A model generated the notes under the pieces. That model saw only the letters and a list, made by a program, of their open reading frames with translations. It ran no database searches and had not been told where the DNA came from. A program made the position numbers and the translations under genes. A stretch of 64,000 bases of DNA, taken from NCBI RefSeq assembly GCF_055900595.2, contig NZ_JBVWEU010000003.1, one strand, 5' to 3'. This document shows, piece after piece, positions 39,935 through 50,793 of the stretch. Each line of letters opens with the position of its first letter. The stretch's first letter is position 1. The stretch comes from a plasmid.

Positions 39935-41142
39935 CGGGGGAACTCTCCGGCCGGGATGAAGAGCGCTGCTTCTGATTTCTCAATGCGGTCGTTCTGATAC
40001 ATGGTCAGAACCTGATCCCTTATCCGCCGTTTTTCCTGACGAATGATTTCGTCAATGTAATGTCCCCATGTTGCATGGGATTGTCCGGAGAGCGTATTGC
40101 GCAGTTCGTCAGTCATGACGATGTATTCCCGGACAGCCTGCCTGCCGCCGTCATTTGTTCTGACCAGTACCTGCACCAGAATGAACTGTACGAGGGAAAG
40201 CGTGGCTGCAGCCATCGAATCCCTGATTTCAGGAGGAAACAATCCCAGCAGGCGGGCAAAGGTTTCTCCGGGTGATTTTGTGTGCATGGTGCCGATACAA
40301 AAGTGTCCGGTATTACCCGCCTGGACTGCGGCATCTGCTGTTTCATAATCCCTGATTTCACCGATACCAATGATGTCCGGATTACGGCGAACGGCAGAGC
40401 GAAGTCCTGCAGCAAAACTTTCCACATCGCGCCCGATTTCGGCCTGATGGGGAGGCAGAAGGTCATTCTCTCCGCCCAGAATGTATTCCACCGGATCTTC
40501 ATAGGTCACTATTTTGCGATCGGGGAAATTTTTCAGAATGTGGCGATACAGTGCCGCCGCCAGTGTGGATTTCCCGGAGCCGGTTTCTCCGCAGATGAAG
40601 CCCAGGCCGGTTTTTCTGAGCATGGCATCCAGCAGATCCGGTTCAATATTCATAGTGAGGATGTCCGGAATATCTGACGGGATCACCCGCATGGTGACGG
40701 AAATGGCTTTTTCTTCTGTTGCCGATGTTCCCTGTATCAGGTGGCAGCGCAGGCGAACACGCTGACCTCGTTGCAGGCCATAGCGACCGGAGGCATCTCC
40801 GCTGACCTGAATGGTACGATCCACGGGATGACCTGACAGAACCCGGGGAAGAACCTCCCGCCCAAACAGCTCATCACTCAGTGCCATCATGATGGAGGAC
40901 GGAAGGGGATTTACGGATGAGCGAACCCGCCGTCCAAAGCGACTGACGGATACCGGTGAACCGCCGGTCAGATCAATATCACTGACGCGGTGGCGGGCAC
41001 ACCAGGCAAAAAAATGGCGAAACTCTTCTGCCGTAAAACGGGAGAAGGGGAAGGTACCGAAGTCATCTGGTGATATCATTTTTCTCTCCTTCGGTGCTGA
41101 CAAGAGGGCGCCAGCGCGATTTCTGCAGCGTAAATTCAGCAT
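39931..41142 (-). CDS. traJ: TraJ (DotB/VirB11-like secretion ATPase)
   Basis: 403 aa (true start may be the internal Met at about 41079); Walker A GETGSGKST. Confidence 0.85.
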   Translation of the reverse strand: MLNLRCRNRAGALLSAPKERKMISPDDFGTFPFSRFTAEEFRHFFAWCARHRVSDIDLTGGSPVSVSRFGRRVRSSVNPLPSSIMMALSDELFGREVLPRVLSGHPVDRTIQVSGDASGRYGLQRGQRVRLRCHLIQGTSATEEKAISVTMRVIPSDIPDILTMNIEPDLLDAMLRKTGLGFICGETGSGKSTLAAALYRHILKNFPDRKIVTYEDPVEYILGGENDLLPPHQAEIGRDVESFAAGLRSAVRRNPDIIGIGEIRDYETADAAVQAGNTGHFCIGTMHTKSPGETFARLLGLFPPEIRDSMAAATLSLVQFILVQVLVRTNDGGRQAVREYIVMTDELRNTLSGQSHATWGHYIDEIIRQEKRRIRDQVLTMYQNDRIEKSEAALFIPAGEFPR

Positions 41143-41899
41143 GTGTTTTCAGGCGGCGGACGCGATCGCCAGTGATGAGTTTTTGCCCGTTGCCGGTAAC
41201 CGTCTGCATCTGCTCTGTGACATCTGGACGTGTGATCATGCCCTGACGCCACAGAAGGGCGTAAAGCATCATGCCCCGGTAATCACGGGTCAGGCGCTTC
41301 TGATTAGCTTCCAGTGTGAGATCTGCGTTGAGGCGCCCTTCCTGCCATCCCTGACGTAAGGCGTTTTCCCATAGTCTGCGTTGTGCCCGGTCTTCCGGCA
41401 CAACCCGGCCTTCAGTGCCTGGTGTGGCGGTGGTTGAGAGTCCTTTCAGCAGCCAGTCACGCCATCCAGGTGGATTACTGACAAAGCGTTCCGGGCGGAG
41501 GATGGTCCAGACACGGGAGGCTGTTCTTATCTGGTCCGGTCTGATGTGTGCAACATCCTGCGCTTCATCGATAACAGGAGGCAGCCAGCCTTCCTTGCTG
41601 ATGAGAGGCCGGAAATCATACAGGGCATTCAGGGTACTTTCCCGGGCATTCAGTGCCTGAATCAGTTCCCATGAGCGCTGTGCTTTTCCACCACGGAATC
41701 CCAGCGTTCTGCCGGCATCCGTGAGCATCTGACGACGGGTATCTGAAATACCATCATCCTGGTTGCCGGAGGGCGTCAGCCATGCACGGATATCCGGGGG
41801 CGGTGCGTTTTCTGTCATGACGGCAGAAGAACGGTGATGCTGTCCGGCACAGCCTGTAAGCAGGAGAGCAGACAGCAGGAGACACAGGTGTGTTTTCAT
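41063..41899 (-). CDS. traI: TraI (DotD-like lipoprotein)
   Basis: 278 aa; lipoprotein signal MKTHLCLLLSALLLTGCAG. Confidence 0.75.
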   Translation of the reverse strand: MKTHLCLLLSALLLTGCAGQHHRSSAVMTENAPPPDIRAWLTPSGNQDDGISDTRRQMLTDAGRTLGFRGGKAQRSWELIQALNARESTLNALYDFRPLISKEGWLPPVIDEAQDVAHIRPDQIRTASRVWTILRPERFVSNPPGWRDWLLKGLSTTATPGTEGRVVPEDRAQRRLWENALRQGWQEGRLNADLTLEANQKRLTRDYRGMMLYALLWRQGMITRPDVTEQMQTVTGNGQKLITGDRVRRLKTHAEFTLQKSRWRPLVSTEGEKNDITR

Positions 41900-42348
41900 T
41901 TTTTCTCCGGCGTCATAAAAGACAGATGTAAACGCCCGGCTGACTGCGAGAGTGTTGCCCGCCAGGCAGTCTGGGCTTCAGTGAGACGAAGGACATCAGC
42001 AAAGGTCATGTCGCGGACGTGCAGTGAGACGGGTAAGGGGAGACGGACGCCGCTGTAGCTGAACTGCTGGCCGCGCAGACGGGCCAGTTCGTTGAGCAAT
42101 TCCAGGGCATCGCCTTCCCAGTCAAAGGAAACACGGTCGCTGTGAGCCTTCAGACTGCCGCCGGACTGACGCTCCGGAAGGGCTGCAGAGTAAATTCCCT
42201 GCCCCCATAGCTGATACTGCGCATGCCGGGCGACGGCGACATCAGAGGCAGCACCATACTTTCTGGTCGGAGCTGTATTATCCGGGGGGAGATGGCAGCC
42301 GTTCAGGCAGAGTACGGCGAGACATCCCGCAGGTATCATACGGTTCAT
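41896..42348 (-). CDS. traH: TraH lipoprotein
   Basis: 150 aa; signal MNRMIPAGCLAVLCLNGCH; start coupled to the traI stop. Confidence 0.7.
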   Translation of the reverse strand: MNRMIPAGCLAVLCLNGCHLPPDNTAPTRKYGAASDVAVARHAQYQLWGQGIYSAALPERQSGGSLKAHSDRVSFDWEGDALELLNELARLRGQQFSYSGVRLPLPVSLHVRDMTFADVLRLTEAQTAWRATLSQSAGRLHLSFMTPEKK

Positions 42349-42396
42349 GGTGTATTTTTCCTGAGCAGTGAAAGAAGAAAGCGTTGTGGGGAGGAT

Positions 42397-42579
42397 TTAC
42401 TGGTTCGTGTTTTTGCTGAATGGCTGGAACACCTCAGAGGGTGACAGTGCTACCCGGATACAAATATCGTTTGCTATCACGATATTACATTCGTTAGCTG
42501 TCGGATCCCGGAACGGTTCCACCATAAAGGCTTTGTTTTCGATATGCGTTTTATTTTTGTTAAACATGCATTTCCTCAT
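42397..42579 (-). CDS. Small ORF at the traG position
   Basis: 60 aa, no motif; positional only. Confidence 0.3.
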   Translation of the reverse strand: MRKCMFNKNKTHIENKAFMVEPFRDPTANECNIVIANDICIRVALSPSEVFQPFSKNTNQ

Positions 42580-42706
42580 GCGAAAATGATATGTCAGATA
42601 ACAGCCAGATCAGAGGCAGCACTACAGGTCTGGCTGTGTCGTTTGATGGTCGGAAAACGCGAGGATGCAGGTCTGGATACCCCGGTCAGTACCGGGGCAG
42701 AGATGA

Positions 42707-43909
42707 TCAGAATGTGAACTGCAGTTGTGCAACGGCACCGTAGTTGTTGTCTGTGCCTGCTATACCCGCCACATCAATATGGACGACATCAAATGGTGAG
42801 ATACCCAGCCCGGCGGTGAACGCACTGCCATCATTGCTGGCCAGATTCTGGCGGTAGCCTGCACGTAACTGTGCCCATTTCCAGGCATTAAATTCAGCAC
42901 CAATGGCAGCAAACTGACGTTTACTGTCTGATGTGAAGCCACTGGCCGGGGTCAGGTCAACATCCAGTGCTGTAGTGAACATGTCGTTGTGCCAGGAGAC
43001 ACCGGCAGTCACCTGCGGGCGGATCCTGAAAGTTTCAGTGACACCATGTACCTCTTTGGTCTCAATGCTGCGTGGGATCAGGTTTTGTGCGACCAGACCC
43101 AGCGTCCAGTTGTCATCCAGGTCCATGCTGGCACCGATATCAGCGTTAATACCGTTTTGGGTGTTGTGGTAACGGTTACCTTTGAATGCGCTGCTGTCAT
43201 AGTTTTTGATCAGCGTATTGTAGTTAAACAGGTCAACACGCTGGAATTTTGGTGTGAAGCCCAGTGACCATTTTTGTCCGGCCGTTTCCAGTTCAGTGGC
43301 CAGCGCAACGCCCACATCGGTGATCAGTGCGGCACGGGCAAAAGCCTGTGAGGTCAGTCTGTTTTTATCCACATCCTGGCTGCCACTGTCTGCAATGCTT
43401 TCCAGATAGTTCAGGTCGGCATCGCTGACTTTACCGTCGACGCTGACAGTCCCGAACGTTTTCAGCATCAGTGCAGCAGCGAGGGTATCACCGGGAAGGG
43501 CCGCCACAGCAGATACCCCGGCCTGTGCGCTGGCATGGGTGTTCCGGAAGTCCTGCAGTCTCTCTTTCAGGCGGGCCGCTGTCTGCGGTACCCCGGAGTG
43601 GCTGTCGACGGCACGGTCGAAGGCTTTCCAGTCATCGCTGATTTTGTCGGCGTTGTCGGCGATATTACCCGGATCGGACAGCTGCGCACCCACGGACGGA
43701 AGCAGAAGACTGAAGTCATCTTTTGCACCGGATTTTGTCAGCAGTGCCGGGTTTGCCAGTGGGGCCACACCATAGTGAGAGGAGGCTACCCCGGTTCCCC
43801 CCATTGCATCATTGCGGGCTTCAAAATATGAAGTTGCGGCTGTTGAATTAAAGGAAAATAAAACAGCAGATGCGATGAGAGTTCGGGTAATGTGCATATT
43901 CATCATCAT
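42707..43909 (-). CDS. traF: TraF-like outer-membrane beta-barrel protein
   Basis: About 400 aa from the Met cluster MMMNMHIT; signal peptide; C-terminal ...AQLQFTF ending in Phe, typical of OM beta-barrels. Confidence 0.65.
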   Translation of the reverse strand: MMMNMHITRTLIASAVLFSFNSTAATSYFEARNDAMGGTGVASSHYGVAPLANPALLTKSGAKDDFSLLLPSVGAQLSDPGNIADNADKISDDWKAFDRAVDSHSGVPQTAARLKERLQDFRNTHASAQAGVSAVAALPGDTLAAALMLKTFGTVSVDGKVSDADLNYLESIADSGSQDVDKNRLTSQAFARAALITDVGVALATELETAGQKWSLGFTPKFQRVDLFNYNTLIKNYDSSAFKGNRYHNTQNGINADIGASMDLDDNWTLGLVAQNLIPRSIETKEVHGVTETFRIRPQVTAGVSWHNDMFTTALDVDLTPASGFTSDSKRQFAAIGAEFNAWKWAQLRAGYRQNLASNDGSAFTAGLGISPFDVVHIDVAGIAGTDNNYGAVAQLQFTF

Positions 43910-43998
43910 TTCAGTTTCCTGGTTTGAGGTGTTTTGGGTACAGCAACGGTATGACACGACTGTGCCATTAAAAATTTACTGGTTTTTTCTCTGCGTTA

Positions 43999-44820
43999 TT
44001 ACCAGGGTAATAACGGTATACTGAATAACTCAGCAGGTAATATTTTTCCTGTCATCAGATATTCTGCCTGTGCCGGACGAAGCGTTACGGTCCGGACGGA
44101 TGTCTTTGCATATAAATTGCGGGCAGTGTGAAACCAGTTTTCTTTTTCCTTATTCATTCTTACAGGTGATAAAGAAAGTACAGGATAAATGATGGCTTTA
44201 TTAATTTCTTTTTTCTTGCGGAACAGTACACCGCAATATTCCTGTGAATGAACACCGGCAAAAGGAAAACTGTGCCAGATAATAATATCCACATTATCGC
44301 TGGCTGAAATAAGCTGGCAGAACGCATCCTGTGTTGCTGGCCACTCACCGGCACGGCTTAAAGGATAACGTACCCTGCCGTTCAGCCATTCCGGGTTGAG
44401 ATAAAACCAGTCAGCCAGAGCAGTCAGAATCTCTCCTGTCAGATAATCTGCGAGTTTGTCCGGGTCACGGAAAACGGCAGGACGGATATTCCAGGGAGCC
44501 AGTAACGTTGTCATCGTTGTTACGCAGACATCATGTGCCTGCATGATGTGTTCTGTCCGGCAGATAAGACGGTGAACGATGTTTTCAGCCGGGAGAAACA
44601 TTTCAGTTAATGCATCTTCGACCAGGATACGCGTCAGGTCGGATACAGAAAGGGAGAGTTGCTCGCTCATTATTCCGAGTGCTTCTCTGACGCCCTGCGG
44701 ATAACGGATCTGCAGGGGAGTGGACTGCAACTGGCGGTTATTGAGCAGAGCTTCGCTAATCCGGGCCCTGTCAATGGAGAGCATCATGCGGGCAGCAATG
44801 CCTGTGCTGTTGGGTTTCAT
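43999..44820 (-). CDS. traE: TraE-position protein
   Basis: 273 aa; last tra gene before the rci/shufflon/pil block; positional assignment. Confidence 0.55.
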   Translation of the reverse strand: MKPNSTGIAARMMLSIDRARISEALLNNRQLQSTPLQIRYPQGVREALGIMSEQLSLSVSDLTRILVEDALTEMFLPAENIVHRLICRTEHIMQAHDVCVTTMTTLLAPWNIRPAVFRDPDKLADYLTGEILTALADWFYLNPEWLNGRVRYPLSRAGEWPATQDAFCQLISASDNVDIIIWHSFPFAGVHSQEYCGVLFRKKKEINKAIIYPVLSLSPVRMNKEKENWFHTARNLYAKTSVRTVTLRPAQAEYLMTGKILPAELFSIPLLPW

Positions 44821-45070
44821 TTCACCTCCGTGCGGTTCATATGTTAAGTCTAAAGAGCGTGTTTACTGAACGGAAACGAGTTATTTCGATCGTTATGATC
44901 GAGTGTGTTTCAAGAGTGCTTTTAACTCTGTTTTAAGCGTGAATGAAAAGGATTCGGACAGGACGTGATTTAGCATGCCGCTGGTCTGGCATTATGCTGC
45001 AGAGCAGACGGAGTCAGGAGATTGAAGGGCGGTACAGTCTGCGAAGACTGGACACGGGGTGTGTCGGGAA

Positions 45071-45616
45071 TTAACGCACGTGAGGCGTAATGAGAACGAC
45101 GCGTTTTTCGCTAGCTCCACCTCCGGCGAATCCATTCATGACAAGGGACTGTTCCGGTCTGAGAGAAATGCTCTGCTCAACAGTCTGGTTTCGTTTCTGG
45201 TCTGTGGTCGAGAGTCGCAGAGTGATATTGCCCCCCTTAATATCCGGCGATATCTGCATTCTGACATCGGGGGATACATCAGCAGTAAAGGCATCCGGAC
45301 CTACGGATGTTACCTGTGATTCAACACAGGACGTATTCTGCATCATCCCGTGGAGCGTTTCAGGTGTCAGCGTCAGGCTGTCATTAAAAAAAGCACTGTG
45401 TGAAATGACCCCCTGAGCATCGGCAAACAGGTCCGGATGGCGCTCATTAAGAAGGCTTCCGTATTTTTCCGCCAGGCAGATTGGGTTGCTGGCCGTTGTG
45501 TCTGTTCGCACGGTATCGACCGTGAATGTCACCTGCGGGTGATGTTCCCTGTGGCCTGTGCAGCCGGACAGCAGTGCGGCGGCTATCGTCATCCAGAGTA
45601 GTGGTTGTTTTTTCAT
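45071..45616 (-). CDS. Hypothetical lipoprotein
   Basis: 181 aa; signal peptide with lipobox (MKKQPLLWMTIAAALLSGC). Confidence 0.6.
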   Translation of the reverse strand: MKKQPLLWMTIAAALLSGCTGHREHHPQVTFTVDTVRTDTTASNPICLAEKYGSLLNERHPDLFADAQGVISHSAFFNDSLTLTPETLHGMMQNTSCVESQVTSVGPDAFTADVSPDVRMQISPDIKGGNITLRLSTTDQKRNQTVEQSISLRPEQSLVMNGFAGGGASEKRVVLITPHVR

Positions 45617-45734
45617 GCTGTTAATTTCCTCTCAGGGTAAAAAGAAAGACTCGCACCGTCATGTCAATGGTAAGCGTACAGCCTGAACCGTCTGGTCAGA
45701 ATCTGACGAATTAGACATAGGGGCAAATCCATGT

Positions 45735-46046
45735 TTATTTTGCATCCATCATCTCGCCCATCAGCAGTCGGATACGCTGCCAGGTGTCATGATCCAGTAC
45801 AGGTGATGGTATTACCATGCAACCACTGTGCCCGGTAGCGGCGGCAGAAAGCATGGCTTTAACTTCGTAGGCATTGCCAGTAAGGATAACCCTCCCCGTC
45901 AACCCCAACACTGAGTTGGCGTGAATTGGTGGTGTGAATTCGATTTCGTTAATGTCCCGGCCAGTTAGGATGCGATTATTATCCGCATTGGCAGCACGGG
46001 AGGATACGTGTTTCATAAAGAACCTCATTGCGTTAATTTTGAACAA
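45735..46046 (-). CDS. Hypothetical small protein
   Basis: About 93-103 aa; no family recognised. Confidence 0.45.
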   Translation of the reverse strand: MFKINAMRFFMKHVSSRAANADNNRILTGRDINEIEFTPPIHANSVLGLTGRVILTGNAYEVKAMLSAAATGHSGCMVIPSPVLDHDTWQRIRLLMGEMMDAK

Positions 46047-46056
46047 AATTGTTTGC

Positions 46057-47226
46057 TCAGCAAGGGGATGTGAGAATAGTGGTTGATTTTGTCATAAGCT
46101 GGTCGTTTGTTAACGGACAAATCATTACCCGTTCATCAATGTTTGTAGGAAGTTCGCCAGGAGTTGGGACACGCTCTCCTCGCTGGGCGGCTTGTGCCAG
46201 TGTTCGTAGCAGCAACACGCTGGCATGAAATATGGCCTGTTCTTTTGTGGCTGCGCTTGTTTCCAGGTCGAAATCACTCAGAGTCACAACGACTTGCCCG
46301 TTTCTGTTCTCGACCGTTGCCGGGTAGGGAACAAAATAGGGAGCGATTTTGCTGGTTTGCTTGCGTCGGGCATCGAGTTTACTGACAAGTTGATAAGCCC
46401 GAAGGTGTGTGTATCGTTTCAACATGTTCAGGGAGCGATGGCCTGAAATAGCGGCAACTTCAATGACATTCAATGTACCAAGTTCGAAAAATCGGCTGAT
46501 AGCCTCATGACGGAGGTCATGAAAATGCAAGTTTTCTATATTCAGTTCCTGAAGTGCTGTTCGCCAGGCACTTTTGAATCCCGAAGATGTATAAGAAAAA
46601 ATATTACCGTTAAGCTGTATTGGCAGCATTTGCAGGTAACTACGGGCTTTCCTGGATAGCGGAACATCGCGTGGAGCACCATTTTTGGTTGTTGGAAGAT
46701 GAGCTACCCCATGTTGCAGATCGACGTGTTCCCAACGCAATGACAAGATTTCACCTTGTCGCATTGCTGTTTCCAGCGCCAGATTAAAAATGACGTAAAG
46801 AGCCTGGTTTTTTTCTTTGAAGTACCGGGAAAGTCGGCGTTCTTCTCCTGAAGTCAGGCGACGATCGCGCCCGCTACTGATTTTGGGTTTTCGGACCAGT
46901 TCAACAGGATTCATACGGCATGTTCCCCATTCCACACGGGCGATATTGAATAATGATGATAAAAGGGCAAGTTCAAGACGGACGGTATTTCCGGTGATTT
47001 GACGCCCTGTTCGTGGGTTAATTTGAGCTAAACGCTGATCCCGGTAACCGGCGATATCAATGGTAGTGATTTCATCCATGTAGCGCTCGGCTATAGGGTG
47101 ACGTTTAATCACATTGACGCGATAAAACTCCTGTAGATGACCTTTTTTGTGGATGGATACTGTCTTCAGGTATTTGTCCAGCGCCCGGTTGAGAGTCATT
47201 TTGCGAATTTTTATTTTTCGAAACAT
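46057..47226 (-). CDS. rci: Shufflon-specific tyrosine recombinase Rci
   Basis: About 389 aa from [23 protein letters not shown]; tyrosine recombinase core ([11 protein letters not shown]...GH...LKRYTHL); matches R64 Rci as recalled; abuts the first sfx repeat. Confidence 0.9.
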   Translation of the reverse strand: MFRKIKIRKMTLNRALDKYLKTVSIHKKGHLQEFYRVNVIKRHPIAERYMDEITTIDIAGYRDQRLAQINPRTGRQITGNTVRLELALLSSLFNIARVEWGTCRMNPVELVRKPKISSGRDRRLTSGEERRLSRYFKEKNQALYVIFNLALETAMRQGEILSLRWEHVDLQHGVAHLPTTKNGAPRDVPLSRKARSYLQMLPIQLNGNIFSYTSSGFKSAWRTALQELNIENLHFHDLRHEAISRFFELGTLNVIEVAAISGHRSLNMLKRYTHLRAYQLVSKLDARRKQTSKIAPYFVPYPATVENRNGQVVVTLSDFDLETSAATKEQAIFHASVLLLRTLAQAAQRGERVPTPGELPTNIDERVMICPLTNDQLMTKSTTILTSPC

Positions 47227-47288
47227 ATCTGCCTTCCACGATAAATCCGAGGAAGGTAGGAATACTGAATCAGAAATGCAATGTCTCT

Positions 47289-48612
47289 GTGCCAATCCGG
47301 TTCGTGGAAAAATGCAGGAAAAGGCGATATTGAAATCGTCAAAGTAACAGCATCAAAATTCCGCTGGCCTGGTGCTACTGCCACCTGCCCAATGGGTAAG
47401 AAGGTGATCGGGGGTGGTGCAGAATGCAGCTCTGGAATTGGCTTTATCTGGCTTGTCCGTTCAATACCTGTAAACAATAATGCCTGGTATGGCTATTGCG
47501 ATACGACAGAACACATCATTGGAAAAATAACTGTACATGCCATTTGCCAATGACAAAGTGATTTACTGGCAAACCACAATGTAACTACATTTCCCCGTCA
47601 GGTCGTTCCTGTTTGTACCGCCGTGAAAATTGTATTCATCGTAGTAACCACACTTCACAATCCTGTTCGAATCATATGTCGCAACAGAACCTGCGAAGTA
47701 ATTTGGCTTCCAGCCATGCGGGTTTTCAGCATTGCTGACGCTCCAGGTACACTGGCTGGCAGAAAAACCAGACGGCAAAGGTAGTCGTTCTCCATTTGCG
47801 ATTTTTCCTGTCAGAACAGTGCTACCTGATACCCTAATCCACGAACCGGATTGGCACTGGCCTCCGTGCCAATCCGGTGTGTGGGTTGGCTTTGAATCCT
47901 ACCCTGTGGGAAGCCCTATCCCGTGGCCATCTGCCACTCCTCCACAAGGCTATCTGTTGATGAACGGCCAGTCGTTTTCCTGTTCCCGGTATCCTCAGCT
48001 TGCCCGTGCTTATCCTGGCTGTAAATTGCCCGATCTGCGCGGTGTTTTTATCCGTGGCTGGGATAACGGGAAGGGACTTGATGGTGATCGGAACAGACAA
48101 CTCCTGAGTTATCAGGCCGATCAATCAGGCGTCTATCACGAACGTGGCGGATGGCTGAAAGGGCATCATAGTGGTATGCCATACTGGGCACAGGGGAGTA
48201 CCACAGAAATGCGTCCCAAAAATATTGCATTCAACTACATTGTTAAAGCCAGCTAGGGACTCACATCTGATAGGCATACACAGAGAAAACACCGTTACCA
48301 CAGGCGTAATTTTGTGTTGGTCTGGAGATGATTTGATATGACGCTCCCACTGGCACGGCAAATGAAATAAATGCTGTCTTTCCGTAGGAGGGGTTATTGC
48401 TGGCATTCATACCAATGAAAGCGCCGTTCACATAGCCCTGAAGATTTGATGTGTTGGCGCAATCACCGCCACCGGCACCATTTCCACCGGAAGCGTACAC
48501 AAACAAAGTTCCTCTGCCGTTATTTCTCCCGTTAAATGTTCCCCGGTGAGAACCCAGATTGCTGTAACTTCCGTCAGGTGCACCAATCGTTCGCCACACA
48601 CCGGATTGGCAC
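47289..48612. other. Shufflon: two invertible segments bounded by four 19-bp sfx repeats
   Basis: sfx repeats GTGCCAATCCGGTTCGTGG at 47289-47307 (+) and 47839-47857 (inverted), GTGCCAATCCGGTGTGTGG at 47866-47884 (+) and 48594-48612 (inverted); alternative PilV C-terminal ORFs on both strands (47281-47553 +, 47563-47778 -, 47732-48256 +). Confidence 0.85.
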
Positions 48613-49595
48613 GAAAGTATTGCCCCTTTACTGTCGCGGCCTACAAGTCCGTCCGGTGAGCAGGAAGTACCTGCGGTGGCTGTTTTATCCAGCTGTAAAT
48701 ACTCACCCGTGGAAAGACGCCCCTCAGACCGGACAGTTCCACCACTGACTTTTCCTCCTTTGAGCTCTCCTTCGGTTGTGATCCCTTTGTTGTTAACAGC
48801 ACGTATCCATTGGCTGTCCGTCATGGTGAAACCGCCTCCGTGCGTCGTGTTCATCCACCCCTTGTTGTTTCTGGTGATAAGCCAGCCGTCTTCGCTGGTT
48901 ATATCGCCTTTCACCGTGGCTTTCTGACCATTGAGGTTACCGGCGTTATTGATGTCATTTCCGCCCATGTTGATAGCTGTGTGCATCTGGTTCAGCTCTG
49001 ATCTCCCCGGGACCTGGAAACGATACAACCTGTCGCTTTCCTGCAGATCATCACCCGTCATGACGACGGCAATGTGACCTGCCGAACAGGTGAGTCCGTA
49101 ATCCCCCGGTTTGTCTGTCCAGGCGCCGAATGCGCCGGTTGCTGTTCCGTTTTTACCAATATAACCACCCAGCCCGGGAAGCTGTCCTGCCACACTGCGC
49201 AGACCATCTTCTTTGATATTCTGCCCCCCTGTTGAGCAGGTCAGGGCTTCAAGACGTCCTGTAGTCTGGTTACGGCGGATACCCGTGATATAACTCTGCC
49301 CAAACGGAGAATGATTAAATCCCTGTTTCAGGTATCCCTTGCGAATCAAATCATCGGCTGTAAAGTTTGCCGGAAGGCTGCCGTTGTGCAGAGTGGCATT
49401 GTTATCGGCAATGTAATTTCTGGCTGCGGTATTGTAGGCATCTGCATGAGAAGCAGCACTCTGGTAAAGCTGTTCATTCAGCCAGTTTTCTATTTCGGAA
49501 TAAATCAGCGGCGTGGCGATACCAATCACTATCAGTCCCGCCAGTATTTCAAGCAGAATAAAACCTTTGTCGTCATCGTGTCTGAACTTTTTCAC
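48261..49595 (-). CDS. pilV: PilV thin-pilus adhesin (minor type IV pilin) with shufflon-encoded C-terminus
   Basis: 444 aa; prepilin-like N-terminus GFILLEILAGLIVIG; ORF crosses the sfx at 48594-48612 into the current segment B. Confidence 0.9.
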   Translation of the reverse strand: MKKFRHDDDKGFILLEILAGLIVIGIATPLIYSEIENWLNEQLYQSAASHADAYNTAARNYIADNNATLHNGSLPANFTADDLIRKGYLKQGFNHSPFGQSYITGIRRNQTTGRLEALTCSTGGQNIKEDGLRSVAGQLPGLGGYIGKNGTATGAFGAWTDKPGDYGLTCSAGHIAVVMTGDDLQESDRLYRFQVPGRSELNQMHTAINMGGNDINNAGNLNGQKATVKGDITSEDGWLITRNNKGWMNTTHGGGFTMTDSQWIRAVNNKGITTEGELKGGKVSGGTVRSEGRLSTGEYLQLDKTATAGTSCSPDGLVGRDSKGAILSCQSGVWRTIGAPDGSYSNLGSHRGTFNGRNNGRGTLFVYASGGNGAGGGDCANTSNLQGYVNGAFIGMNASNNPSYGKTAFISFAVPVGASYQIISRPTQNYACGNGVFSVYAYQM

Positions 49596-50299
49596 GTGAA
49601 TATCTCCGAAGTGCGGAAAACGGAATCAGGGAGGAGGGTTAGTGCATACAGTGATGCGCAGAGAAACGGGGCGAACGGCAGTGCCTGCTGACGTCTGCGA
49701 CGGCAGAAGAGGAGGATAAACAGAAATGCCCCGGAAGCTGCGGCGGTGATGAGCAGCGGCGTGTGTTGTGGCTGTGTCCACATTGCAATTCCTGCTATCA
49801 GGAATACATCACCAAGGCCGAGTGCTTCTGTTCCTTTTGCCGTTATGAAAAACTGCCGTAGCAGGTATGTCATGCCGAACCAGAGTGATGCGTTGAGGAG
49901 GCTGTATGTGAGCTCCTCCAGGCTGTACCTGAACGCTGCCCCCAGAACAATCAGTGAAAGCGTGAATATCCGGGGAAGCCGACAGACGGCGATGTCCGTC
50001 AGCGTCATTACAGTTAATAATCCCGTCAGAATGGAAAGGAATAACAGCCCCGTGGCTTCAACACCATATGCGCCGTTGAGGCTGACACTCACTATGGCCA
50101 GAAGGCAACACACGTACACCACCGGCCTGGGCGGCCGGGTGTCGTGTACTGCTGACAGGTAGAGAGCGGCGGTGATGTATGCAAGATAAAGAATAACCGC
50201 CAGGATGATGATTATTATTGTCATGCTCAGTAATGCGCTCACCGTCACCTCGTATTTATTAATATTGTCTGAAATACCGGTTGTGGATTTTTCGGGCAT
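49592..50299 (-). CDS. pilU: PilU prepilin peptidase (A24 family)
   Basis: 235 aa polytopic membrane protein; position after pilT. Confidence 0.75.
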   Translation of the reverse strand: MPEKSTTGISDNINKYEVTVSALLSMTIIIIILAVILYLAYITAALYLSAVHDTRPPRPVVYVCCLLAIVSVSLNGAYGVEATGLLFLSILTGLLTVMTLTDIAVCRLPRIFTLSLIVLGAAFRYSLEELTYSLLNASLWFGMTYLLRQFFITAKGTEALGLGDVFLIAGIAMWTQPQHTPLLITAAASGAFLFILLFCRRRRQQALPFAPFLCASLYALTLLPDSVFRTSEIFT

Positions 50300-50735
50300 A
50301 TATCATGCGCCGGGCTGTGTTATTTTTGCTGAAACCGGCGTTATAGCTGCCCAGGCATTCCCAGTTAACGCCGCAGCGTTGAAAATGGCGGGCCAGTATC
50401 CAGGCACCGGTATGAATATTCAGGCAGGGCTTTTTAAGCAGTTCATCCTTGTTTTTAATGACGCCCAGTTTTTTCAGTTCAGGAATATGCACTGAATTAA
50501 TCTGCATTATTCCGTAATCCGTACTGATGATTTTTCCGGATTTGTTTTTATTGTGATTTATCGCAGTGGCGACCAGGCCGCTTTCCTGCTGTGCAATGGT
50601 TTTCAGAAGCTCAGGGGCAATCAGGTAACGTTTTCCGGCCTGAATAAAACAGGAATCGAGATGATTATTATTCATCACAGATGCGATTGATGTGTTACTG
50701 AATAAAAGCAGGACAGAGAGATATAACCATTTCAT
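50259..50735 (-). CDS. pilT: PilT lytic transglycosylase
   Basis: 158 aa; signal peptide; SLT motif ESGL...DYGIMQINS. Confidence 0.8.
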   Translation of the reverse strand: MKWLYLSVLLLFSNTSIASVMNNNHLDSCFIQAGKRYLIAPELLKTIAQQESGLVATAINHNKNKSGKIISTDYGIMQINSVHIPELKKLGVIKNKDELLKKPCLNIHTGAWILARHFQRCGVNWECLGSYNAGFSKNNTARRMIYARKIHNRYFRQY

Positions 50736-50793
50736 TATGATAATCCCGGCAGTGACAGCATCCTCTGGTATTTAAGGATGCTGTCCGGAAACA

